The notes beneath the pieces are model-generated. The model was not told the origin of the DNA. It did not search any database and saw nothing but the letters and a program-made list of their open reading frames with translations. Both the position numbers and the translations under genes were made by a program. DNA of 63,577 nucleotides, filler included, from Octopus bimaculoides (Eukaryota): assembly GCF_001194135.2 (NCBI RefSeq). It is 4 parts of 3 records of this genome, joined end to end, with 100 filler letters (N's around TTAATTAATTAA, not from the genome) between each part and the next. Parts side by side here need not be neighbours in the genome. Positions count along the whole stretch, not along the records: positions 39,239 to 58,893 come from NC_068983.1; positions 58,994 to 63,577 come from NC_068994.1; 2 more parts are not named here. The stretch is one strand, 5' to 3'. Within the stretch, counting starts at the first letter, position 1; every line of letters starts with the position of its first letter. This document shows, one piece after another, positions 51,838 through 63,577 of this stretch.

Positions 51838-52225
51838 GTCTTTCTTGATAAGCTTTTCGGTCCCTGTGGAGCACAGGCCACTAACTGCTTTTCTCTTCGG
51901 TACTCGAACCTGAGGCTGTCATTCCTACTTCCCCCCTACTGGATCCCTGCTTTTTTTCAGTTCTGCTTCAGTATCTTACTTTCTTTGATAGAAGGCCTTC
52001 CTCTCCCAGATCTTGGTTTCGAATTGTCATCGATGCTTCTCTAATTTTGTTTTATTTCTTGGTTGGAGTGATCACCCTACGTAAACCCATTTTTATTTTT
52101 GGCCAAAAGTGGTCCACATTAGACTTGTCTCTATCCTTTGACCTCTCCCAGATGGAAGACCCTACGCTTCACTAGCATAGCTTTCACGGTCATTGAGGCA
52201 TAGAAGCCATCACATCGTAACAAGG
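51838..52225 (-). mobile_element. RTE-clade derivative: RTE-like 5' UTR joined to the ORF C-terminus and 3' end
   Basis: Minus strand starts CCTTGTTACG..GCCTCAATGACC..AGCTATGCT..GTAGGGTC..AGGTCAAAGG (RTE 5' UTR-like); after about 60 nt it reads GRP..DTEAELKKAGIQ*GEVG..AVSGLCSTGTEKL (RTE C-terminal GRP..LC motif). Confidence 0.6.
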
Positions 52226-52609
52226 ACTAAAGCTTGTGGTGGAATATACATATCTACAAGCAAAATAGTTTAGCATCTATGACCTTCTTACAGGATTTTT
52301 AGAACTGCTGAGAAGAAAAATAGAAGAAACCATGATTTGTCGACCATACGCAAGCTATAATCCTGGTCTCAATACTCGCATTAGAGACTTAAAGAAGGCC
52401 TGAGACGCCAAAAGAACCTAAGGAAACCATTGACAGATTAAATCTATCATTGACGAAAAGATATAATTTATCCGATGGGCTTCTACGTAGATTCTTCCTA
52501 AATGAAACGTGTCACGAGATTACAATAGGTTGGTATTATATTAGAAACCGGAACCGTGTGGTTAGCTTCAAATCTAACTTTTTAACCACACGGGCTATGC
52601 TTGAATCTT

Positions 52610-52651
<42 letters not shown>

Positions 52652-53069
52652 GCTAACTATCCAATTTAACACCGAATACTGTATTATAAATTAGCTTTGA
52701 GAGATCCTCTGATATAAGGGTTTCGTCTATAAAAGCACATGCATAGATCGTAGAAGGCAAGATTCGTCTGTCATGAACGCCACCACATCGCTTTTATGCA
52801 TCAAGTACCAATATGAGAGGATCTCTGAAAGCTAATAACACAATATTCGGTGTTCTAACAAGACATCCACATTAGGCTGGAAATAAATATTACTTTCTGG
52901 TACTAATATTGCTTCCATCGCAAATAATTAATATTTATATATATTCATATACGGAAGTATACATGCGTAGTGGATGTCTGCCAAAAATAATACCAGAAAC
53001 AGCACCGAGTAACTACAGGTGGTGCACCAGCATGACCTCAACCCTGGACTGAAACCAGTAAAAGATAAA

Positions 53070-53112
<43 letters not shown>

Positions 53113-53819
53113 TCCTCCTATTTTGCAATTTCACACAAGACATTTTTATGTTTGCCACGACCTACACGTGTTTCCACTACACAGAGCACAGGCAGTTGCA
53201 CATGCAACCGGACATGATTTTTTGTGCAACGTCTTCAGGATGTGTTCATTTGGCTAGTTTCGAAGCGAACTGAGTACAGTTAGTTTTTTTTTTTGTTAAT
53301 TAGAGTTCAGGGGGAGACAGAGGGAGATAGTTTTGAAACTGAAATCTGATCTGTTTGTAAGCTTGTGCAGTTGACTTCGGTCTCACCCGTTGCTGTCCGA
53401 AGTCAGGGTTCTGTCTAACTAGATCAAAGTTGATGATACTGTTTTGTCAGGCCTCTTTGTGTATTGAAGTTGTTAGGTACCTCATAATTTTATATTCAAA
53501 TGTAGTACATGTAATGTATTGTTTTTAGTTGTATATTTATTTTCTTAGCTTTGTTGTTTATGTTTGGTAGTATCAACTAGACGGAATATATGCTAGGTTG
53601 GTTATGGAGGGCCATGAACTTTTGAGTTTGTGACATGTTCTTCTATCCTACCTTTCCTACCCAACTGTGGGTAGGACATTGAGTTATCTAGAACTTGTTT
53701 CAAAACTTCTTATATGTTTTGGTATATTTATGCAAGCATCTTAAAACCTGTTCAAGCCTGCTATTAAGTAGTTTGTATCTCGATGTAAGACTAATCAGAA
53801 GGCTAGTCCGTCGCAGGGT

Positions 53820-53964
53820 TGCTCATTCACAGCGGAGTGAACTGGAGAAACATGAAATGAAATGTTTTGCTCAAGGAAATAACGCAAAGCCGATCTGAGG
53901 ATCGAAATCATGATCTTACGATCATGAACGCAACACCTGTGTAGCCACTAAGCTACGCGCCTTC
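53820..53964 (-). mobile_element. SINE family B/D head and body fragment
   Basis: GAGTGAACTGGAGAAACATGAAATGAAATGTTTTGCTCAAGGA..CTTACGATC..CCACTAAGCTACGCGCCTTC. Confidence 0.8.
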
Positions 53965-54239
53965 ATACAGAGAAACTATGAATTGCATGAAAATAACAGG
54001 CATTGATGACACAGCTGTCTGCAGCATATAAGAGATGCACTGTACCTTTCTTATGGCTCATATGTTCAGCTTGGTAGATTGGAGCCGTTGGGATTTACTA
54101 TTGTTAAAAAGAAGTGGTGTGTGTTTGAATAATGATATATTAATACCTCGCAAAGCCCGTATAGTATAATAAATACATTTACATATAATTGCATAGACTT
54201 TGTCAATGCGTTGCTATTCTTTGTTATTATATAATAAAT

Positions 54240-54306
<67 letters not shown>

Positions 54307-54455
54307 TTCATTCACCCATTCATACATACGTACTATACATTCACATATACATTCATACACACACATGTACATGTATTCCTCTATATAATAAGCATGTCCA
54401 CACACACCACACACAACTATGCACACGTTCATATTTCTGTACATCCATGCATACA

Positions 54456-54489
<34 letters not shown>

Positions 54490-55214
54490 CATACATATAT
54501 ACATACATATGTAATGTCATCCAAATATCATACGTTCGGATATAAAAGTATGCATTTATATCTTTGTTCATATGCACGTAATTTTATGAGCACAATTTTC
54601 TGTTATGTCATGGTTTTCATTTCTTTTTCTCTTTTATTCCGTTCCAAATGTTAATTTAATTTAGAAATTTCATGAAAATTATATGAATGTATTTTTTTTT
54701 GTTCAATAAAAAAAACAAAAAAACAAACAAACAAAAAAAAAATTAAGAAAAAGTAGAAATGAGAATTCTTATCACACGTTTCTCACAAACAGTTGATATT
54801 AATTAATATTTCAAATGTTTGTTCTACTTTCATTTCTGCAGATATACTTTCTAACCTCCATTTGACAGAAATTGAAGAGTTGAGTTTAGGAAGAGTTTTT
54901 GAAGTTCATTTTAGATTGATGTATAGCTTATATTTGAGATCATTAATTGATTCATTGATTCAATTCATTCAATTCATTCACTCATCCAATCATTAATTCA
55001 TTGAATCGATCATCCAACCAATCGATATTTATTGATCTCATGCAAGAGAGAGAAATAATCTAAAATAGATTGCTTTACGTTTCGTAATCAAATGTCCTCT
55101 TAAAGTATTAGATTATATTTATTTCTATTTGGAGCCAGACCGAAGTTGACCAAATGCCAATTCTATTGAGCAACCAGCTTAAACATTGTCGTCTTCGGAT
55201 TTTTTCTATCTTTT

Positions 55215-55470
55215 TATCTTTTGTCTCTTTCTGTCATTAGACTGCGGCCATGCTGGGGCACAGCTTTGAAGCATCTTTAGTCGAATGAATCGAATCCAGT
55301 ACTTAATTTTTTAAAGCCTGGTACTTTTTTATCGGTATCTTTTGCCGAACCTCTAAGTTACAGGACGTAAACACACCAGCACCGGTTGTCAAGTAATGGT
55401 GGGAGGACAAACACAGATACAGACAGACAAAGATACACACACACACATACATACAGATGCATATACGACA
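55215..55470 (-). mobile_element. SINE family A 3' half
   Basis: GACTGCGGCCATGCTGGGGCAC..TTTAGTCGAATGAATCGA..TTTGCCGAACCTCTAAGTTACAGGACGTAAACACACCAGCACCGGTTGTCAAG. Confidence 0.88.
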
Positions 55471-55619
55471 ATGTGTTACATATCTCATGTATGTATGTAT
55501 GTATGTATGTATGTATGTATGTATGTGTGTACGACGGGATACAACTTAAGGATGTAGGTGAATGTAGTGTATCATGTATGTACACGTACATACATACATA
55601 CATACATACATACATACAT

Positions 55620-55840
55620 GAGATATGTAACACACTGTCTAAATACCAATCTTGAGAAATTAAGCTTCTCAAGACCAAAAAGGAGAAAGTTAATTCGAAG
55701 ACTACAGATCCAATCCATCACCGAAACCGTAAGGACCTGTAAAACCTTCCAGAAGTATATCATTTAAATATATATGAGCATGTCTCGATATACAACTATA
55801 TGCATGAAATTACATACATAAAGCAAAACATACAAATCTG
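55620..55840 (+). mobile_element. 5'-truncated RLE-type (R4/Dong-like) non-LTR retrotransposon 3' end
   Basis: Translates RYVTHCLNTNLEKLSFSRPKRRKLIRRLQIQSITETVRTCKTFQKYII*, homologous to 56480-56645; begins directly after (CATA)n. Confidence 0.7.
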
Positions 55841-56337
55841 CACACACACACACACACNNNNNNNNNNNNNNNNNNNNNNNNNNNNNNNNNNNNNNNNNNN
55901 NNNNNNNNNNNNNNNNNNNNNNNNNNNNNNNNNNNNNNNNNNNNNNNNNNNNNNNNNNNNNNNNNNNNNNNNNNNNNNNNNNNNNNNNNNNNNNNNNNNN
56001 NNNNNNNNNNNNNNNNNNNNNNNNNNNNNNNNNNNNNNNNNNNNNNNNNNNNNNNNNNNNNNNNNNNNNNNNNNNNNNNNNNNNNNNNNNNNNNNNNNNN
56101 NNNNNNNNNNNNNNNNNNNNNNNNNNNNNNNNNNNNNNNNNNNNNNNNNNNNNNNNNNNNNNNNNNNNNNNNNNNNNNNNNNNNNNNNNNNATATATATA
56201 TATATATATACATACATACATACATACATACCTTGTTGATGCTGAAATTCCAATGAAGGAGCCTTGAATCTAGATTAGAAACCGGCTCTTTCCCTATTGG
56301 CAAGAAATCTTGAACAGTTTCATACACACATAAAACC

Positions 56338-56790
56338 AGCTGTCCTGCTGATGTGAATACCTCTTTGATAATCAAAGAAAAATCGGATAACTATGGACAA
56401 CTGTTTCGAAACCTCCAGCTTCTATACCCAGATTAGTCAGGATATTACTATATTCAGACTATAAATTCACATTTATACCAATAATAATTGATGTTCTTGG
56501 TTTTGTGAGTAAATGCCTAAGTGACAGTTTGGATAAGCTTGGATTTTCAGAAAAAGAAATCAACCAACTAATTTGCAGGTTGCAAATACAATCTGTAATT
56601 GAAACAGTAAACATATGCAAAACGTTTCTGAAGTTAAAAATGTGACATTGTTTTCGTTATCGACATTCTAGAGTTGGAGTTTTGTTTCTTTGCTAGAAAG
56701 CAGCTTCTTCCGGAGGAAGAATTTAAATAATCAAAAACAGAAGAGAACATACAAACATATATACAAACATCTACATTGATACACAAAAAA
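56338..56790 (+). mobile_element. 5'-truncated RLE-type (R4/Dong-like) retrotransposon: endonuclease C-terminus plus 3' UTR
   Basis: SCPADVNTSLIIKEKSDNYGQLFRNLQLLYPD/(insertion)/YKFTFIPIIIDVLGFVSKCLSDSLDKLGFSEKEINQLICRLQIQSVIETVNICKTFLKLKM* (stop at 56643-56645); xPxD..xEKxxxY is the restriction-like endonuclease signature; ends in degenerate (CATA)n. Confidence 0.8.
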
Positions 56791-57227
56791 TATTTATTCA
56801 AAATCGAGTTTGTATGTATCGCTATTCGGAATTCAGACTCTTGATGACCGGGAGTTATTTGCTCTGCCATTGTGCGTAGGGAAACTGAACCTTGGGTGCT
56901 ACATCTGAGTTAGGAGCGGCTAGGGAACTGAAACTCATTTACAGGGCGTACCTCAAGTAGCAACAATACGGTATTTTTTCTTATTGCTGCAGACTGTTGG
57001 AGTATTTGCGGTTTCTAACGGACGTAGATTTAACTATTATGAGCTCCAGTTTTGTAAGAAGGGATTCCGGCTGTTTACATTCTGAGTTCAAATACCACTG
57101 AAGTCAACTTTGTCCAGATAATAGTCGAGGACTTATAAATCAGATTCCTCTGACCCAGAGAGATTAAACCATTCATGACGGTATCGATTATTCAATAAAC
57201 GAAAGAAAAATGAATAAATTAGCCTGC

Positions 57228-57302
<75 letters not shown>

Positions 57303-57699
57303 CATAGTTACTTACCCACTCACCTACGTACCTCCCTCCCTCCNNNNNNNNNNNNNNNNNNNNNNNNNNNNNNNNNNNNNNNNNNNNNNNNNNNNNNNNN
57401 NNNNNNNNNNNNNNNNNNNNNNNNNNNNNNNNNNNNNNNNNNNNNNNNNNNNNNNNNNNNNNNNNNNNNNNNNNNNNNNNNNNNNNNNNNNNNNNNNNNN
57501 NNNNNNNNNNNNNNNNNNNNNNNNNNNNNNNNNNNNNNNNNNNNNNNNNNNNNNNNNNNNNNNNNNNNNCTATGTGTGTATGAAAATATATTCTTCAAGA
57601 GATGAAAATATTACTCTAATCTACCACCATCATCATCGTCATCATAATCATCATCATCATTGTCATCATCATCAGTACTACTTTATATATTAATATCAA

Positions 57700-57784
57700 T
57701 ATTATCACTACCATTATTATCGTTACTGTTATTGTTGTTGTTATTAGTATCATTATTATTATTGTTATATTATTATTATTATTA

Positions 57785-57863
<79 letters not shown>

Positions 57864-57867
57864 GTTA

Positions 57868-57904
<37 letters not shown>

Positions 57905-57924
57905 TATTATTATTATTATTGTTA

Positions 57925-57967
<43 letters not shown>

Positions 57968-57996
57968 TATTATTATTATTATTATTATTATTGTTA

Positions 57997-58039
<43 letters not shown>

Positions 58040-58202
58040 TATTATTATTATTATTATTTCTAAATTTTTCATTTATATAATTTCCATTATTTTAGTTATT
58101 ATTATTGCTATTATTTTCTTTATTATTACCACTCTTCTTCTTCTTCTTCTTCTTCTTCTTCTTCTTCTTCTTCTTCTTCTTCTTCTTCTTCTTCTTCTTC
58201 TT

Positions 58203-58233
<31 letters not shown>

Positions 58234-58305
58234 TTATTATTATTATTATTNNNNNNNNNNCTTCTTCTTCTTCTTCTTCTTCTTCTTCTTCTTCTTCTTC
58301 TTCTT

Positions 58306-58367
<62 letters not shown>

Positions 58368-58370
58368 GCA
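57700..58370. repeat. (ATT)n and (CTT)n microsatellite complex
   Basis: Direct reading. Confidence 0.95.
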
Positions 58371-58818
58371 ACGAAAAATCTTTCGAAAAGTTAAGAGTGT
58401 CATGAAATCGGTGTTATGTTTATAAGAATGTTAGCGCCATAGTTTATATCATTTTATGGACATTCTGATAGCAATAATGCCTATAAAACTGTGCAGCACA
58501 TATTGACTTGTAATTTTTTTTTCTTTTATGATATCAGCTCAAGAAGGGACAATATCAAACTGGAGACATTAATGGAGCAATCAGATTCAGAGTAAATGAT
58601 ATAAGTAACGCACTTATATTGATTACCTTAAAAACTTAATATACGAGTCAAAAGACATATTAATATGATTTTATATACTTAAAAGGTATTGGTTTGAAAA
58701 CCTAATATGTTATTTGTATCATACATGAGTTTCTATCTCCAATAAAATGAGTGTGTGTGTGTGTACACCCAACCCACCCACGTATATATATATTTATGTA
58801 TGTATATATATTTATGTA

Positions 58819-58851
<33 letters not shown>

Positions 58852-58893
58852 CTCTATCTCTCTATCTATCTATCTATCTATCTATATATATAT

Positions 58894-58993
58894 NNNNNNN
58901 NNNNNNNNNNNNNNNNNNNNNNNNNNNNNNNNNNNNNTTAATTAATTAANNNNNNNNNNNNNNNNNNNNNNNNNNNNNNNNNNNNNNNNNNNN
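58894..58993. other. Artificial 100-bp scaffold join N44-TTAATTAATTAA-N44
   Basis: Identical structure to the other two joins. Confidence 0.95.
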
Positions 58994-61110
58994 TATATAT
59001 ATATATATATATTTGTGTGCGAGTGCGTGTATGTATGTATGTATGTATGTATGTATGTATGCGTGCGTGTATAGCTCTCATTTCCTCCTTGTGAGTGTTC
59101 GCGTGTATATATAAATATACATACAATTGTGTGTATATGTATATAAATATATACACTGATGTATAAATATATACATTTATATTCTCATTTGCTCCTTGTG
59201 CGCGTGCACGCTTATATATATATATATAGATAGATGTATCTATGTATAAAGGGCATTTACATATACATATAAATATAAATATGTATATATATATATATAT
59301 ACACTAATGCGCTCTGATATACGCACGGCCTCACACATTCATTACACGCATACACATTTGTATATGCACACACACGTAGATATGTACTTATATACATATG
59401 AATGCCTATATGTATGTGTCTATATATTATATTTATATTATGTATAAGTGTTTGAATATGTGTGTGTGTATACAGATCACGTCTTGTTTATTCTCCCCAC
59501 TCCCACCCTGCTAATCGTCCGCTTTTCTACGAGGTAGCTACCCACGTGGCATCCATGTTAACAGGTGATATATATATATAGGGATCAGGTCGCTCTCTCT
59601 CTCTCTCCCTTAATTATAATCCAGAGCGAGAAGCGAAAAATTATATAAATCACAAATTCCGCCCCTGCAAAAACCCACCAGAAGACTGCTTCCTATGTGA
59701 TAAACCTTTTAACTGCTATATTTATTTACAGTTTATAAAGAAACATCCAAGGAGGGTCTCTCGTCACATTTGTCACCCAACTGGCTAGAAATAACAGCTA
59801 AATCCTTCTGTTATTTGATACACGCTAGTATTTAAGAAAAAAAAAAGGGGATGATGTTGAATAAATAATATAGTCCGGGAAAGCCATGGATGAAACGCCT
59901 TTGTTTATAGACTTGCTCAATTGCTGTTGACCTGGGGTTGAAGGATAAACAAAAAAAAATTTTTTTAATGAAATTATTTTGTTTGTTTTTTTTTTACGTG
60001 GTCGCCCGATCTATTAGAAATAGCAGCAACATCTCTCAAAATAATCACACATTATCATTTAGAAAAGAAGATATGTTGGATATTAAAGCCAGTTGCTTGC
60101 GAAAATATATAAATAAAAGATGGGATATTGTCAATACATTCGTTTATCCCCTGTGATCAAGCGAGCCTATCATCAAACGGCAATCCTCCCTTGGCCGTCC
60201 CGTCTGTTTTTTTTTTTTTGTTTAAAAGAAATATGCGGAAAATAAAAAAACCAAACACACGATAGAGTGTAATTTGCGGTGGGCAGAACTGGCTGGTGTT
60301 TCTAGCACGCCGAGTGACCATGCAGAGTCTGCCCCGTTGGTTTGTAACGGAAAGGCGGAACGTGATTGCAGCTGATCGCGTCTATTTGTGGTTTGTATTC
60401 CGGCGGCTCGATTTGAGCTAGCCTAGGGCTAAAAGTAAATATAAGACTACAACAACAACATCAACAGCTTGTTAATGTGGAGATGAAAGATTTTAATGTA
60501 GCAATGCCACGTCTTCTATCAAAGAAACATGTAGCTNNNNNNNNNNNNNNNNNNNNNNNNNNNNNNNNNNNNNNNNNNNNNNNNNNNNNNNNNNNNNNNN
60601 NNNNNNNNNNNNNNNNNNNNNNNNNNNNNNNNNNNNNNNNNNNNNNNNNNNNNNNNNNNNNNNNNNNNNNNNNNNNNNNNNNNNNNNNNNNNNNNNNNNN
60701 NNNNNNNNNNNNNNNNNNNNNNNNNNNNNNNNNNNNNNNNNNNNNNNNNNNNNNNNNNNNNNNNNNNNNNNNNNNNNNNNNNNNNNNNNNNNNNNNNNNN
60801 NNNNNNNNNNNNNNNNNNNNNNNNNNNNNNNNNNNNNNNNNNNNNNNNNNNNNNNNNNNNNNNNNNNNNNNNNNNNNNNNNNNNNNNNNNNNNNNNNNNN
60901 NNNNNNNNNNNNNNNNNNNNNNNNNNNNNNNNNNNNNNNNNNNNNNNNNNNNNNNNNNNNNNNNNNNNNNNNNNNNNNNNNNNNNNNNNNNNNNNNNNNN
61001 NNNNNNNNNNNNNNNNNNNNNNNNNNNNNNNNNNNNNNNNNNNNNNNNNNNNNNNNNNNNNNNNNNNNNNNNNNNNNNNNNNNNNNNNNNNNNNNNNNNN
61101 NNNNNNNNNN

Positions 61111-61169
<59 letters not shown>

Positions 61170-61170
61170 T

Positions 61171-61227
<57 letters not shown>

Positions 61228-61558
61228 GTTGTATGTCCATGTGTAAATATATTTGCATATGCGTGGATGGGTGTTTATGTTGAGAAAACAAAATTTGTAT
61301 TGTTAAACTGTCAAGATTTTTGTCTCTCGGTATGAACGCCTCCTCCCACTCACACACACACACATACACACACACGTACGCCTGCACACACGCACACACA
61401 CACACGTAGGCCAATCACCATAACGTACACATCGATCTCGTGCATATGTTTAAATAAATATTTGTGTACGTATATATTTGCGTGTGTGTGTCTATGTTTG
61501 TATATACAAGCGTACATGTGTGTGTGTGTGTGCATTTGTGTATATCTTTATTATGCGT

Positions 61559-61763
61559 GAAGGCGCGAGGCTTAGAGGTTAGGATATTCGGTTCACGATT
61601 ATGTGGTCGTGAGTTCAATTCCCAGCGGCGCGTTGTGTCCTCGAGCAAGACGTTTTTTTTTTTTCGGGTTCTTCCTGTCCATGTTGGCAAAAACAAGTTG
61701 TACCTGTAGTTCAAAGGGCCAGGCTTGACACGTTCTGTGCCACACTGAATCTCCCTCTGAACT
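61559..61763 (+). mobile_element. SINE family D, runs into gap
   Basis: GAAGGCGCGAGGCTTAGAGGTTAGG..GAGTTCAATTCCC..GTGTCCTCGAGCAAGAC..GTTGTACCTGTAGTTCAAAGGGCCAG. Confidence 0.88.
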
Positions 61764-61985
61764 NNNNNNNNNNNNNNNNNNNNNNNNNNNNNNNNNNNNN
61801 NNNNNNNNNNNNNNNNNNNNNNNNNNNNNNNNNNNNNNNNNNNNNNNNNNNNNNNNNNNNNNNNNNNNNNNNNNNNNNNNNNNNNNNNNNNNNNNNNNNN
61901 NNNNNNNNNNNNNNNNNNNNNNNNNNNNNNNNNNNNNNNNNNNNNNNNNNNNNNNNNNNNNNNNNNNNNNNNNNNNNNNNNNNNN

Positions 61986-62019
<34 letters not shown>

Positions 62020-62035
62020 TGTGTGTGATGGAAAA

Positions 62036-62244
62036 TATTGTAATTCTTCGCCATATCGCGGTTTATTATTCAAGTTTACGTCGATTCCTCCGTGGCGTTG
62101 TTTTGCATTTATAATAAGATAAATATATACAAACTATATAAAAATAAACAGTACACTACTGTTTCTACTTCGCGGATTTTCACCCATCGCGGTGGGTGGG
62201 GGGCTTTGGAACGTAACATCTGCGATGGCTGAGGGATTACGGTA
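62036..62244. mobile_element. Tigger/pogo-like MITE
   Basis: Ends TA-TTGTAATTCTTCGCCATATCGCGG / GCGATGGCTGAGGGATTACGG-TA resemble TACAGTAATCCCTCG..ATCGCG inverted termini; internal TTCGCGGATTTTC repeat. Confidence 0.55.
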
Positions 62245-62944
62245 TACGTATGCAAAAATGCTTATTTTCACATTTTTTAAAAATCTTTGAAAAAGTATTA
62301 AAATATAGGAAATAAAGATAATGTAATATAAATAATACAAATCTCATTGGATAGTTAGTAAAATAAAATGTGGTATTGAACCAGTGCGTGTGTTTACTTT
62401 CATTTTTATTGACATAACAGACACAATACATACAATTTATTGAAAACGATTCCTTTTACAGAAATTCGATATTGGTGATCAGTTTGTGAAGAAAAACAAT
62501 CTAATGAGGAAATATAATTTATGAGAAAAATTGATAATTTTTTTTGATTTAAAATACTTAATCGAAACCCAGCAAACGAATAAAATCTCACATATAAGAT
62601 TGGTGCTAATGCATTGATGCTTATTCTCAGAACCTTTGGAGTTGTATGACAATCATGACCATTTCTTCCAATATTCAGTTTTTATTTAGTTAAGGGGTCC
62701 GATTTTAGAGCGCGCATATGTGTAGGTTTAATAACAGGCTGGTGCGTGTTTGTGTTTCGTTAGCCAGAAAAAAACACGCACCTTTTGTAACAGTAGTTTT
62801 AATACATCGACCGGTGCACCGTTTCACCTGTCCACAATATGAATAGGGTCTAGATTCTATCTACTGCAACCAAGCTTGCAGCCCTGTTGCCGTTGGCACA
62901 GATCGGTAATCGATTAAATTGGCTCCACTACTTGGAGTGATGTC

Positions 62945-63072
62945 TTAATTTATTGATTCCCGAATCAATAAAAAGGAATCGACGACGTAGGAATTTGAAC
63001 TTAACTGAGAACGTAAAAAAGCCGGAACAAATACCGCATGGAATTTCGTCCGATGCTCTAACGATTCTGCCA
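62945..63072 (-). mobile_element. SINE family E, diverged 5' part
   Basis: GGAATTTGAAC..AGAACGTAAA..AATACCGC..TTTCGTCCG..TAACGATTCTGCCA. Confidence 0.7.
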
Positions 63073-63322
63073 AAACACCGCACCGTGTAAAGTGCAAATT
63101 ATAACATTCAATAGTTTTTAACACTCGACTAACTAAACTATGGTACATAAACACTAACACATACTTCTACTGGCACTAAATGCCGTACAGTTGTCACTGA
63201 CTCACGGCAGAACGAGTCATTGAGGTTGCACTGTGTGACAGTTGCCGGGTTTCAGTTTTGAAATGTATTAATTAACCTTTTTCATACCTCTATATGTATA
63301 TATATATATGTATATATATATA

Positions 63323-63532
63323 TTCTCTCTTTTACTTGTTTCAGTCATTTGACTGGCCATGCTGGAGCACCGCCTTTAGTCGAGCAAATCGATCCCACGA
63401 CTTATTCTTTGTAAGCCTGGAACTTATTTTATCGGTCCCTTTTGCCGAACCGCTAAGTTACGGGGACGTAAACACAGCACCATCGGTTGTCAAGCGATGT
63501 TGGGGGGACAAAACACAGACACACAAACATAT

Positions 63533-63577
<45 letters not shown>
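63323..63577 (-). mobile_element. SINE family A 3' half, continues beyond window
   Basis: TTTTACTTGTTTCAGTCATTTGAC..GCTGGAGCACCGCCTTTAGTCGAGCAAATCGA..CCGAACCGCTAAGTTACGGGGACGTAAAC. Confidence 0.93.

Noticed and set aside
59480-59720. Promoter (CACGTG, CCGCCC, TATA-like strings)
   Set aside because: These short motifs are expected by chance, and no downstream exon was identified.

Overview
AT-rich, microsatellite-saturated, gapped eukaryotic genomic DNA. The SINE repertoire looks like that of an octopus/coleoid cephalopod (my recognition, not a database result). I cannot support any intact protein-coding gene: the long ORFs in the track are read-throughs of N-gaps or simple repeats. The window is a transposon graveyard with about 30 copies or fragments of five tRNA-headed SINE families (called A-E here) that share modules. 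It also holds decayed Penelope-like (GIY-YIG) elements, two Tc1 transposase relics, an RTE relic, RLE-type (R4/Dong-like) retrotransposon 3' ends sitting in (CATA)n, and several MITEs (hAT, Tigger-like, Kolobok-like, and an 8-bp-TSD element carrying telomeric repeats). Most notable: a full-length 5S rRNA copy fused to a tRNA-SINE, a probable (CATA)n-targeting RLE retrotransposon, a 13-bp-TIR element filled with a GC-rich 29-30-bp tandem array, and a duplicated block containing a possible 9-nt microexon. Three N44-TTAATTAATTAA-N44 spacers are assembly joins, so adjacency across them is not sequence-supported.
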